From Rhizophagus irregularis (Eukaryota): DNA of 64,000 bases. Shown piece after piece: positions 22,805 to 36,053 of the stretch; within the stretch, counting starts at the first letter, position 1; each line of letters begins with the position of its first letter. Position numbers and translations under genes: made by a program. Below the pieces are notes generated by a model. That model searched no databases. It had not been told where the DNA came from and saw nothing but the letters and a program-made list of their open reading frames with translations. The stretch lies in the NCBI RefSeq assembly GCF_026210795.1, contig NC_089436.1, forward strand, positions 1,178,001-1,242,000, in the 5' to 3' direction.

Positions 22805-24205
22805 ACATACAGTCCGAACATCTATTTATATAATTAATTTCTGAAGTGTTCCAATAAATGATTAATTTGTAATTCCGGTAAATTTCACAAAATTTTATTT
22901 TTCGATCTTATTATGTAAAAGCTTGGAACGGATCGACTTAAACAAACACTTAAGTACTGTAACACCTAAGCCCGTGATAAATCACGTTGCCACCTTAGAT
23001 ATTAACAAAATAACTCTTTATTAAAAATATAAATTAATACAATAATATGCTTGGTTTAATAACGTTAAATAATAAATCAAATAATTATATCAAAATTCAT
23101 AGCTTCTAAATTTATTACTCTAAAAGTGTAACTCGTTTTTGGAGAAGTCACATTATTGTCCCTATTTATATTTGTTTATGTTTCACCAAATTGTTAATTT
23201 AATTTTATGGATTTTAACCTCGAAAGTTTCCATGAAGATTATCTTCGCAAATCTGACCTTTTCATTAGATTATCTTTATAAATTTTAAGATCCATGAATT
23301 CTTAATCCTTAATTATTTTCATCCATAATGATCATTCTCTACTACCTTAATTATGATTTGTAATGATTTTTAATTTCAACGTAATGATCTACAAATTAAT
23401 CATCTGATATTCTGATTCACCTGACCTAAAGATCTCCAATTGTCCTTAAATCACCTGATTCATAGTTTAACGTCACTTCGGACATTAAATTATCCTCAAA
23501 ATTAATAACCAATAGTTTAACGTCATTTCGGACCAATTAAAAATAAAACTAAAAATAAATTAAAATTTTATATACTAAGATTAAATATAATACTGCGCCC
23601 CACAATTAATAAATTTACTAGGTATACTACGGCATTACAGTACTAAAACCACATCAAAAATTTTTTCGATAGACAAATTCCAATATAACGATATTGCGAA
23701 AAATATCGGTTTAATACATCAAAACCTTGTCGGACCTTTTCCTGAATGGCATTTTCCAAATATACTGAAGTCACCCAAACACTTAAGTAAAACAAATCAC
23801 GATAGGATTCACGAGAATATAGTGCTGGCCAGAATTACAAATAGATTGGCTAGCGTGATGTCACGTGACATAGATCCACAATTTAAAATATTGAAAAATA
23901 TCGTCATGTCGAAATTTACATTTCTCTCCTATAGTGGAAAGTAAAATTTTACCGTTATATAAAGTTTTTAACATACAGTATATCAGTATATGTAAATCTA
24001 AATCATTTTTACATATTGGTCCATAAAAATTATCACGATAAATTCAAAATAGAATTGACTGATTTGACTCCAATCCTTATATGCGAGTTTAACTTCAACT
24101 CGTGTTCACACTTTATTAATTTCCGGTTGTACATAAATCGTGCAGTTGACCAGTTTATATAAAATTCTGCACATAATTGGAGACTACGAATTAATCTACA
24201 TGTTT

Positions 24206-24421
24206 ACTTACTTGATCTATAAATTCTTGACTTATATTATGAGAATTATCCAAACTTTTTAGAATAACCTTAATTGGACCAGTACGAGCCCATACTTCGA
24301 CTTCTTCATCCAAATTCCACCTTGGACCTTCGATCATTCGAGGTAGTCCATACTTTCCTTAGCGTTTAATTGAGTAAATCTGATAAATTCATCTATTTTA
24401 GAATTTCCACTAGTCCCAATT
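24206..24421 (-). pseudogene. Decayed exon-1 fragment of the pseudokinase family with an internal deletion
   Basis: The minus strand reads TSGNSKIDEFIRFTQLNAKESMDYLE* and then EGPRWNLDEEVEVWARTGPIKVILKSLDNSHNISQEFIDQ|GTAAGT. The splice donor is retained. Confidence 0.88.
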
Positions 24422-25319
24422 TGGAAAGCATGTTTTCAGGTTCACGATATCACATTTTTCACACCATATCGTCGCCGTTCGTTGTCGCTTACATAAGCAT
24501 GTACCATAAGTTTCTCTTGATCCAAAGCGTTTCAATAAAACAGAAGTTTCTAATGAAAGAGTCATTTCTTAACTCGATCGTAATCCGCTCTATGTATTGA
24601 TTGTAAGAGTGATGTGAGTGCTATTTAATTGATGTTTTAACGCTTTTTTTCTGAAACTGAAGTGCCTTGCACTTTTATTTTTTAAAAAAGATCGAGTTTA
24701 AATAAATTATTTCTCGGTATCTAAATTCTAAACAATAATCAACAAATTGTTGTATTGTAGCTTTTTTTTTATTATCCTGATGCAATTGCTTAACTTTAGA
24801 AGACAAATAAACTAATTGGGAACTATAATAATATAAATGGCTAATATTGAACGAATTGAATTACATTTTTAGCAAGAACATTCTTATCTAGAGTAAATAA
24901 TTTGACTTATTACTAATAACCAGCTTATTACGATATAGTATATTATCAAGTAAGTATATATATACTTAATTGCTTTGCCCAATATTGCACTTGATTAAAA
25001 TCTTTTTCCTTTTTATGTTATGTAGAACAAATAAATAAAGAGAATCCAGCATTCCAGCTAATACACAAATAAACATAAACAAAATATTTAAGACGGATAT
25101 CCGAATTTTAAGTTAACCCAATAAACGGATAAGAAATCATTAGTATTAAACACTTGGTTTTAATAATACTTATATAATATAATAAGTCATGTACGATATA
25201 CTAACGTATAATTTTTGGTGATAGTATAATTGTTATACGTTAAAATATTTCTGTTGTTAATTTTAATAAAATTAAATGATCGGTAGGTAATCTGACCCAA
25301 GGTAGCTTATTTATCCATT

Positions 25320-25585
25320 GACCGATATAGTCCCACATCCAATAAGTGTGTTATCGTTCCGACGTTTTGATCATGCATTAATTAATAACATGATCATAAA
25401 TAAGTTTTATTTAAACTTTCTATAAATTTCATTTTTATGCTATTTTTAATCCACTTCATAAGCTTTATTTAAACTTTTCCCACAAAATATTCATTTACAC
25501 CATATCTTTTTACTCCGCTTTATTATTATATCAATCATGTCTTATTGCTATGCCTAATAAAAATATCGGTCTATGTGGGCTGAAC
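25320..25585. mobile_element. Dispersed MITE-like repeat, second copy at about 60070-60307
   Basis: Both copies run from GACCGATATAG.CCCACATCCAATAA to TATGCCTAATAAAAATATCGGTCTATG..GGGCTGAA. Short IR GACCGATAT/ATATCGGTC. Confidence 0.75.
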
Positions 25586-27542
25586 GATAACTATTTATTA
25601 TCCTCATAAGTTCATGCAGATTTTACATAATTGTTATTCAGGTCCGTTATCTCATATTACTATGTATTACCATAATGATAAACTCCCGTTGCTATCCAAT
25701 AATTTTATTATAAAAATTGCCCTGTCAAACCGATAATATATAAATATTATTATATTAATACATTTTATATTTATCCATGTTTGATATTGAAAAAATGAGT
25801 GATATATTACTAACTCTGTAAAAAATTTTATCCGTAATATCTGTAAAAACTCCGACATTTACGGAATTAGCACGGAATAAAGAAAAAAAATACGGAATAA
25901 ATGTTTTTTTTATAGGGTATATATTAAAAGGTTTGAATTTTTAATAATATTTATGCTATACTGCACATGATAGGTAACTTATATCTAAATCAAATGAGTA
26001 AATGACTAAGTAATCAGACGTAAAATTAATTTAAAAAAAAATGATTAAGGAAATTTCCAAATATATTGCTTATTAAAATGAAGACCTTAAAGGTTATTCA
26101 TTTGCATGTTGTTGTGTTACCAATGGATCAATAATCATAGGGTACCTGACGTAAACAATTAGTTTCAAATTTCTAATTGGTCTTCAGAATTAATTCTGTA
26201 GATTATTAATTTTTCAAAGGTACAAATAGAAAACAAATACCCACGCAAAAAGATATACTGTATATAGAACATACAGTATATTGAATCAAAACAATATTGC
26301 TTAAATACAATATATAGAAACTATGATATCAAACATTCTGTTTACTATTTTTATTAAATGAATTATTAATGTGGGGAGATAAACATTTTATGAGTAAAAA
26401 TCTACCGGATTTGACTTTAGCCTAATAGTTATAAACAGTACATTACTTTCTTTTTATATTTTTTAAAAAATTGAATCGGCTTTTAAAATACACAATTATA
26501 AAAAATAAAAAAAAATTCAAATATAATCTTAAAAGAATCTTGAGAATAATACGTAATAGAGCAATCAATACACAATAGTACTTTGGGTATTTTACTAATT
26601 TACCTCTACAAAATACTCGTCAGTGCCTTACTAATCATTTGTCATAAGATGTTATAAAATTGGTTTAATGCACGCTTGGCTGCATGGTGCACATTGACAT
26701 CAAAACAAAATTATCGACAATGTGTAATTTTTTCAATATAGAATCGAACGACGAATAAAAATTAAACATACCAGCATAAATAAAATAAAAAAAGAATTGA
26801 ATCCTGTGATCTTTAATCATGATTTTTTTAAAACATATAGTTTATATTAACGCAAATAAAAAAATAATTACTAGACAATAACAAAACAAAATTTTTTTAT
26901 TATTTTATATAATAAAATTTACTCTAATATGTCAATTTTTTTAAAGAAATATGTAATAAGTTTTTTCAAACCTCGATATACCGATATATACTAGAAAACG
27001 GGAACCGTTGAAGTGCCGTTTCTGATTCGTGAAGTCCATTTATTTAGAAATGTATCAATAGCGTAACTTTTGTAAAATATGCAGGACAAACAGATATCGC
27101 ATATGACTGCATGAGTTGATATTTTATTTAACAATGCATCAATAACGTAACTTTTGCATCACCTTTCAATAAAAAGATTTATTACATATTATTTCCGTAA
27201 ATGTATCATATTCACGGAGTTTTGCTTTACAGCGGTAATAATATATAATTCTTCGTTACACTTACTAGGACTAATTAAAAACTCGACATAACGATAAAAT
27301 TTTGTTTTCACTACTATATGAGAGAACATATCGGTATAATTCGTATTTTTTCAATGATTTTCATATTCCCAACATATCGTTACATCATAATTTGACTGTA
27401 CTTACTTTATCACTTACAAATAGGTTAATTGTAGAGTAATTTTTATTACGGAAACTTCATTGTGATTGCTATTTCTTCCATGTGGTTTTATTATGATTTA
27501 TTGTATTTTTTTTTTATAAAAAAGGCGTGATTTATACTACAA

Positions 27543-28064
27543 CCCTATAAAAAATTTTATCCGTTATTCCTGTAAAAACTCCGTAAAAATGAGCCTTTCA
27601 CGGATCCATTCACGCAAAATGTAAATAATTCGACAAATTCCGGGGGTATAAGGCTATTAATTCCGGAAATATGAGCCTTTTACGGAAAAAAGACGGAATA
27701 TAAAAAACGGATCGACTTTTTTTACAAGGCAAAGGATATATAGTATAATACCGAGTTTTTATTATTAAAACATATAAATGAGCAGATGCCAAGAAATTTA
27801 AAAAAGGATCGACACGGAACATTGTAATACCGGGACAAGCCATTTCGATCGGGTATTAACCGATATCTCCGTATCTAAAAATATTAGATATAAATAAAAA
27901 AAACTTATAAATTGGGCGAGTTTTTCATTTTAAGAATTGCGGCCCCTGTAAAAAAGTCAATCCGCTTTTATATTCCATCTTATTTACATTTTCCGTGAAT
28001 AGATCCGTGAAAAGCTAAGTTTTACGGAGTTTTTACAGAAATAACGGATAAAATTTTTAAAGGG
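27543..28064. mobile_element. 522-bp foldback MITE (CCC...GGG termini, AA duplication; CMC/EnSpm-like, tentative) ending 12 bp before the K3 ATG
   Basis: TIRs of about 45 bp, CCCTATAAAAAATTTTATCCGTTATTCCTGTAAAAACTCCGTAAAA, with about 3 differences. A second internal IR pairs about 27690-27720 with 27951-27980. Confidence 0.85.
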
Positions 28065-28076
28065 AAACGCTTCAAG

Positions 28077-29724
28077 ATGTCTCAACACGCTGGATCCAGA
28101 AAAAATTTTGGTAAGTGTTTTGATTGTGAACGGCAACGAACAGCGATAGCGTGGTGTGAGAATTGCGATATTGCATTTTTCAAAGATAATTTTCGTAATT
28201 GGACTAGTGGAAATTCTAAAATAGACGAACTTATTAAATATACTCAGTTAAGCGCTAAAGAGAATATGGATTATCTTGAGTGGATTGATTTTGATCAATT
28301 CGACTTGATCGAAAATATTAATAAACGAGGCGCTTTCAGTTCGATTTATTCAGCAGTATGGATGGAAGGCCCAAGATGGAATCTTGATGAAGAAACCGAA
28401 ATATGGTCTCGTACTGGTCCAATTAAGGTGATTCTAAAACGATTAGATAATTCTCAGAACATAGATCGAGAATTTGTAAATCAGGCAAGTAAACATAGAT
28501 ATATTAAATCGATCAGGCAATTCGTGTATAAGTAAAAAAAAATAAAAAATCATAATTTAAAATTATACAATAATACGTTTTGATAAATGTTACAAAATTT
28601 CCGAAAACACAGACATGTTATCAGTTTTATTAATGTCTCCGGTTAATATTATAATTTTTCTATGAGAATTATTTTATAAAATTTTTCATCGCTCTGGCCA
28701 AGTTTTTAAATTAACGCAAATGGATCATTAATAATTTGACCAGGATTACACGATCACATTAAATGACTATAGTTTGCCATTTGATTTTAAAATGACACAT
28801 GAACAACTTGAATAATAAATTATTAAATTTAAAATTCCAATTCGCATTAGAATGACTACATATTATAACTGAAAGGTATTGATATTAATTTTTTTTCTTT
28901 TTTTCTTTCTTAAAATTAATCTAATCAAGTTATATAGATATAATAAGTGCTTGCAAAGTGGAGCACTTGCAGATTGTTTTGGTATAACTAAAGACCCAAC
29001 ATCATGCTACATGTTCGTTATGAGATATTATAAAAATGGGAATTTATACTCGTACCTTGAAGAAACTAGGGGGATTCTTTGCTGGAGAGATATTGTAGAT
29101 ATGTTATGGTCAATATCCACGGGTCTAAATTTTATTCACAAACACGATCGCGTCCATGGACATTTACATGGAGGAAATGTATTAGTTGAAAATGAAACGG
29201 GCTCAATCGACACTAAAATTACGGACACTGGATTACACGGGCTTGTTGATAAACAAATATCATCACAACAAATATATGGCGTAATACCTTTTGTTGCTCC
29301 AGAGATCTTTGATGGAAATACGCCAACTAAAGAATCTGATATCTATAGTTTTGGTATGGTCATGTGGATGTTATCAGCTGGTGTACGTCCTTATTATGAT
29401 AGACCTCATAATAAACAACTAATTCAGGAAATCTGTTTAGGATTAAGACCAAGCATCGTAAATGGAACTCCACCTGTTTTCTCCAGTTTAATGTTACAAT
29501 GTTTAGATACGAATCCATCAAATAGACCAACAGTATCTCAACTTTACGAATGTCTTGGAAATTGGGTCATAGCAATCTGTGACGATCCCAATCAATCCGA
29601 TTTATCAGATCAATTTGACTCTGCTGAAGAGATTAAATTCTCAAATTTAGAAAAGTCTAATTTCAATACTTTCGCAATTCACGAAGAAGCTTTTTATTTC
29701 AGTCGTCCGTTATTAGATGTTTAA
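28077..29724 (+). CDS. TKL-family pseudokinase K3 (exons 28077-28484 and 28930-29724; GC-AG intron; 400 aa)
   Basis: Closest to K1, with identical exon lengths (408 and 795 nt). Donor CAG|GCAAGT at 28485, acceptor ATCAAG ending 28929. HGHLHGGN, DTG and APE present. Confidence 0.9.
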
Positions 29725-32700
29725 AGAATGGCGCTTCTTTATTTTTTTTTTTTAATTCTCGTACGTTAAATATATTTTTTCGATTTCTTTAGTTTTTAAT
29801 AATATTTATTATACAGTCAGGACTCGATATAACAAATATACATATAATGAAAAGCGATTTTTAACTTTAAGATTTTATCTTTATTTATGAACAAAATCGT
29901 TATATCAAACTTATAAATTATTATTATGATATAACGATTTTTTTCATCGAACTGGAGGATCGGTAGATTTATTATAGATTTCAATTAGAAAGAGATTATC
30001 ATTATTATTTATTCGTTTTTCCAAAATCACAAACATGGCAAACTCATTAACATTTAATATTTATATATTTAAGATTTTTTTTCATAAATTAATTAAGCTC
30101 ATCCCTATTTTGGTTAAAATAAGCAAATATTATAATTACAAACACAAAATTATTCTTATGATTCTTTTTTTTTCGAGTTTTTATAATAAGTTACTATATA
30201 CATATACAATAAATAGTTCTGTATAATAGTCAAGAATATATGACGGTAAGTTTTTTTTTAAAAAAATAGAATTTTCCTTAATATTTTTTTCAAAATAATT
30301 ACGAAATTTTATTATTCTTTTGAAATATATTTTTAAAATTTTTCATTAATAAGTAACAAATTTATTTGAAAAAGTTGACGAATAAGGCCGTTCCAACTTG
30401 ATTGCTTAACATCTATTTTTTTTAATTCTGATAAATACGATAATTTATCAAAAATCTGGATCAAACAAACAATCAAGTTGAAATGGCCTAAATTATAAGA
30501 AATAGCCGAATAACTTGTTGTTGGTAATTCAAACGCAAAAAATTGATCTTATTTTTGTTTAAAAATTTAAATCTAAATTCTTTTTATTTGATAACTGTGA
30601 CAAAACGAATACGGTTTCTCCATCTATTATGGAACCTAACACAACATCATAAATTAATCTATCTTGATATAGTCAATTGATCATCTTATATTGGCTGGTG
30701 GATGATAATCATGGATCTCTTTTGTTTATGACCATACCACCTAATCATTCCGTACAAGATTTTCCCTTTTTTGTTCTTATGCAGTTTAAGTCTCTTTTGG
30801 TCTAACTGAAGCAGCGATGTACTGGAAGTTGGAAGTGTATTTGGACTTCCAAATCTTCAAAATTCAATAAAATTATTGGAAACCTCCGATAAAAAAAAAA
30901 ATACGTATGTATAAAGTAATACATAATGAATATCGGAAGGATTAATGGAATTAGAAGGAATTGAATGGTTCAATTCCAATAAAAAAGCATTGAAAGCTTC
31001 CAATGTACATCAATAGAGTATTCAACTAAACGATTTATTCGTGTTTCCTCCCTAACGATTTTAATTAATTAATTATACGAATCACGAGTTAAATACCGTA
31101 ACAATGTCAAAAATTATCTGAGTAAGTTCCACATGTTATTTAAAAAAAGGTTCAATATCAGAGCTGTTACGAATAATATTTCATTTTTTTATCTTTTATT
31201 AACGATTCCTTAAATTTTATCATCTATTACCATTTCAGTTGTAAAGAGAATTTTTTATTTATAAACTTAATATGATGAATTACACAAATAAAAAAAAAGC
31301 AAATAATAGGCGCTACATTTAAGCACAAAAGAATCTATGAGATGCGATGTAGCTATTTGCTAGCTAACTTGCAATTGTTAGTTAACTGATTGCTTTGAAT
31401 TTGTATCATTTATTTACTCAATATTTACGGAAATTACCGTGCGTACAATCATTAATTAAGGTGCTTAACGTCATTGTGCCACATCACACCTTCATTGTAA
31501 GTTTAGTAAAATTCTCTAGTAAAATAAATTGCTTAATAAGTGCCGATCGCCGATCGCGCTTTGATGTATTTTATAGTTATCTTTTTAATTCTTGAAAAGT
31601 TATGTAGATAGGATCACAAATGTTAATCCAGTATATTGTTTAACATAACAAGATCGAGATGACACTCTTTACCGAGTGCTACGGAGATGAGTGGGGTCAA
31701 GGAGATGTGTAGTGTATGGTCTCCTATGTGACAGTTTACACAGGTGATAAATAACGCGACGGGCCAAACACGTGATTAGGAGTGGGCCGAAATGCTGTTA
31801 ATCACCTGTGTATGGTTCACACCCCTTATTTTACACACTGTTACACACTGTTAAATATCACCATACACCACACAGTGGTCGACCCTACACCACTGGTATT
31901 CGTCTTACCGTGATTTACCGGGGAGGAATTTAACAAAAAAAAAATAGCCAGAATTATTGTTAATTTTGGCGCGAATTAAATGTTTAATTTAATACTTAAA
32001 AAATTATGGCCTAATTAGGAAATTTCTTCTAATTTTAACCTACATTATATATTGAAAAAACCCTTCAAAAATTGAAAAAGTGGGGGGAGGGTTATGTTAA
32101 ACAAAGTATTGGATTTGAGCAGCCTTAACGAAAGGAAGCACTTACAGTTTGTTTTGGTAAGATTCAACATACTTTCAACATCCTGTTACATACAGTATTC
32201 GTTATAAGATATTACGAAACCGGGAATTCGTATTTGTGTATTTAAGAACTTTTTACTAGAGACATATCGTAGATATGCCATGATCAATATTAACAAGCCT
32301 TGAACCGATTTATTCATAAGTATGATATAATTCATGTGCATTACTATATGAAACTTTCATTTCATCAACACGAAAAATTGCTCGACTTCATATCATTGTC
32401 ATTTCACCGACATGATATTTCATTTGAATAAACATAATAATGTATACAAAGAAATATGATTCTGGTGAATCAGGTAAATCTCAAATTTTTTTTTGTTTTT
32501 TTTTGTAATTTTTTTTTCTTTTAATATTAAATTTACATAAGATTATTACATCTCTATTTTAATATTATTTATAGGAAAGATATACAGTATCAAATAAAAA
32601 TAAATAATTTTTAATGATATTCAGAATATAAATAAAACGATGGTGTCGATCATCTATCGGTGAAATGGGATTCGTTGAATGGAGTCAAAGAAATGTTATG

Positions 32701-33994
32701 TTAGCGAAATGGTAAGTCGGTAAAACGAAGTTGGCTAACTTTATGTTAATGAAATAGATGTCGATAAGATGGGTGAATACGAGTCGAAAGTGATTCGCTG
32801 ATTAAGGATCTAACTTAAGCATACCTCATTGATGATAGTCAGAAACTTACGCGCGCGTATAAACCTTGTTGATCCTTACTATTCGACTATTCGACCGATA
32901 TCTCTATTCCATCCAATAACTATTTAAAATATTTTAATTGTGATGGGAAATTGATTTTATCGATTCATAATTTATAAATATTAAAAAATATCTTGTAAAA
33001 AGTAGGAATAATTATAATTTTACTAACATACGAATACATAACAAAAAGTCTGCTTTTTTTATTTAATAATTTACGAGATATCTAATCTACTGTTTTAACC
33101 AATTTTATAAAAAAAAATTGTATGAGCGTTATTAAATTAAAATGAAAATAATATTACATACATAAAATCCATTTCTTTTTGTAAAGAATTATGTTGACGT
33201 AATTATTATAACAATTTTTTATTGGTGTCTAGACGATTACATATTTTTTACTTATTAAAATAATTTATTTTAACTTTAAATGAAAAAACTTTTGCGTGAT
33301 TATCATCTGATCACTATATACTTTGCATAACAATACTGAAAAAATTCCAAAATTATTTTTAAAAAAAATAATTTAAATTATTATTAGAGATTATTGTAAG
33401 ATAGTCAGTGGTTTAATTCATTTAATTCAGATAATCTTTTAAAAGAAAAAAAAATAAAGGTAAATTAATAAAAGAAAAACAAACTCCCATAATGAAAAAG
33501 AAAACCCATTAATTACTGAGAAATATTAGATATTTTCTTTTCTTTTTCATAAAAATTAAAGGTAAACGGTAATTATTACACAACATTCAGTATTTAACTA
33601 AATTAATCAAATCATTATTTCCATTTTTTTTCCACTTTTTATAATTTTCATAGTCATTTTTACCATTTGTTTTTTGCATATCGTTTTTTTATAATCCCCT
33701 TTTTTTTCAATAGAGTGGAACCATATATTGAATTTCATGGTTAGTACGATCATCAAATTAATTTAAGACGATAAAGTTACACATTTCACAGGCTTCTTTT
33801 AAAAAACCTCGGTTGATTTTAAAGGGGTGAACCCTACTTAAAATATAGGGATTTGTTTCTTACCCTATTATTAAGCAATTATGTAATGTGATCGTCAAGA
33901 AATTTGTTTTTTATAAAGATAGAGAACCCATTATTATTTTTAAAAAACACTATGATTTTTAAACCATAGTGTTTTTTAAAAAAATTCAAAAAAA

Positions 33995-35490
33995 CTGGAT
34001 TATAATCTTGAATCTTCGTTTCGTTCACTGAGCCCTTCTGGGTCTCAAGATGAGTCTCAATCTTATGGTAATTGTTCAGAATGTAAACAAAAACGAACTG
34101 CAGTAGCATGGTGTAAAAATTGCGATATAGCATTTTTTAAAGAAAATTTTTGTAGATGGACCAGCGGAAATTCTAAAATTGATGAATTTATAAGACATAC
34201 TCAATTAAATGCTAGTGAAAATATGGATTATCTCGAGTGCATTGAATTCGATCAATTTGATTTAGTTGAGAATATTAATAAACAAGGTGCTTTTATTTCA
34301 ATTTATTCTGCAATATGGATGGAAGGTCCAAGATGGAGCGTAGATGAAGAAGCTGAAGTATGGAATCGTAAAGGCCCAATTAAGGTTGCATTAAAACGCT
34401 TAGATAATTCTCAAAATATGAGTCAAGAATTTATAAATCAAGTAAGTAATAATAAGTATACAAAATAAAAAGCATCTTATTGACGAGTTTTAAGAACCAT
34501 AAATTTTACTTGGATGAAGCTCAATTTATCATCGTGGTTTAAATTGTAAGCTTCGGATGGGAATCAAATTAATGTCCTCCCATAGCGAAATTTGAGTAAT
34601 AAATGACCATAATAACATTTGCTCTAAATAAAACACCTATTAAAAAATTTATCTAATCATATATCAGACAATAGAATAAATTTTAATCTCAATTTCTTTT
34701 TCTTTATTTCTCACTTACCCAAAAAAAACAGTTGTTCAGATATTATAAATGCTTACAAAATGGAGCACTTGCGGATTGTTTTGGTATAACAAAAGATCCG
34801 ACATCGTGTTACATGTTCGTTTTAAGATATTATAAAAATGAAAATTTATATTCGTATCTCGATGAATCTATAGGAGTTCTTTGCTGGAGAGATATCATAG
34901 ATATGTTACGGTCAATATCTACGGGTCTTAATGTTATTCATGAGCATAATCTCGTTCATGGACATTTGCATGGAGGAAATGTATTAGTTGAAAGTAAAGC
35001 AAATTCAATTGATGCCAAAATTTCTGACACTGGATTACATGGACCTGTCAATAAACAAATATCATCCAAACATATTTACGGCGTGATACCTTTTGTTGCA
35101 CCAGAGGTCTTTGATTGAAATACATCAACCAAAGAATCCGATATATACAGCTTTGGCATGATCATGTGGATGTTATCAGCTGGTGTACGTCCTTATAATA
35201 ATAAATCTCATGATTCACAACTTATACAAGAAATCTGCTCGGGATTAAGACCAAGTGTTATTAGTGGGACTCCACCTGCTTTCGCTAGATTAATGTTACA
35301 ATGTTTGGATGCTGATCCATCGAAGAGACCTACAGCATCCCAACTTTACGAATGGTTAGGAAACTGGGTTACAGCAATCTGTGACGATCCTGAAACTAAA
35401 TTTGTAAATTTAGAAAAGTTAAACCTTAGGAATTTACCATGCCATGAAAATGCCATTTATTTCAGTCATCAATTAGTTTCACAAATTTAG
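33995..35490 (+). pseudogene. Pseudokinase paralog K4, disrupted (exons 33995-34441 and 34732-35490)
   Basis: The N-terminus is collinear with K7 (DYNxESSFRSLSP) but has CTG at 33995 where K7 has ATG. An in-frame TGA at 35116-35118 replaces a GGA. About 13 aa are deleted after ICDDP. GT-AG intron 34442-34731. Confidence 0.85.
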
Positions 35491-35935
35491 TTTACCATAT
35501 AGAATACTTACAGTTTTTGCAGTTTTCTGGGATACAGTTTTTTACAATTCTTTATGCTATTCTCATCATTTTCATATCGTACTTTCTTTTCTAACTCGCC
35601 GCACTTTGTTCCGTTGAGTTTTTTAAGAATTTTTTAAGCTTAGTTATTTCCTTACGTACTATAAAAATTATGCATACTAAAAATTTAATATTTTTGGTCT
35701 AAGGTTTGAAAAATTAAATATCTTCAAATTAAAACGATCAAGAATTACAATAAATTAATACAATTTTAAAATTGCTTCAATCAGTTTTTTTTTTTTTGAA
35801 AATTCTGACTCTTTTGGCGCAATACTGCGACATTTTATTTAATTTAACACTTTAAAAATTCCTTACCAAAAGAAGATATAATAAAAGTCTGGATATTTTA
35901 TTTACAACTTACACAATTAAATAAAATATACATTA

Positions 35936-36053
35936 TATTATGGCAAGCCGCACTGGTCAAAAGTGTGCCGCATTTTGCGGCAGGTGCGCCTGTTTTTAGG
36001 CGCCTGATGCGCTAAGTGCGGCACACTTTTGACCAGAGCGGCTTGCCATAGTA
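35936..36053. mobile_element. GC-rich near-perfect palindromic MITE/hairpin
   Basis: TATGGCAAGCCGCACTGGTCAAAAGTGTGCCGCA / TGCGGCACACTTTTGACCAGAGCGGCTTGCCATA, 34 bp with 1 mismatch. Confidence 0.8.

Noticed and set aside
24370..24600. 76-aa plus-strand ORF
   Set aside because: It is partly antisense to the kinase relic and has no independent coding evidence.
35116..35118. Programmed TGA read-through, selenocysteine or an alternative genetic code in K4
   Set aside because: Paralogs have Gly (GGA) here, so it is a single G>T nonsense change. TGA is the normal stop of K5, K6 and K7, and K4 has other lesions.
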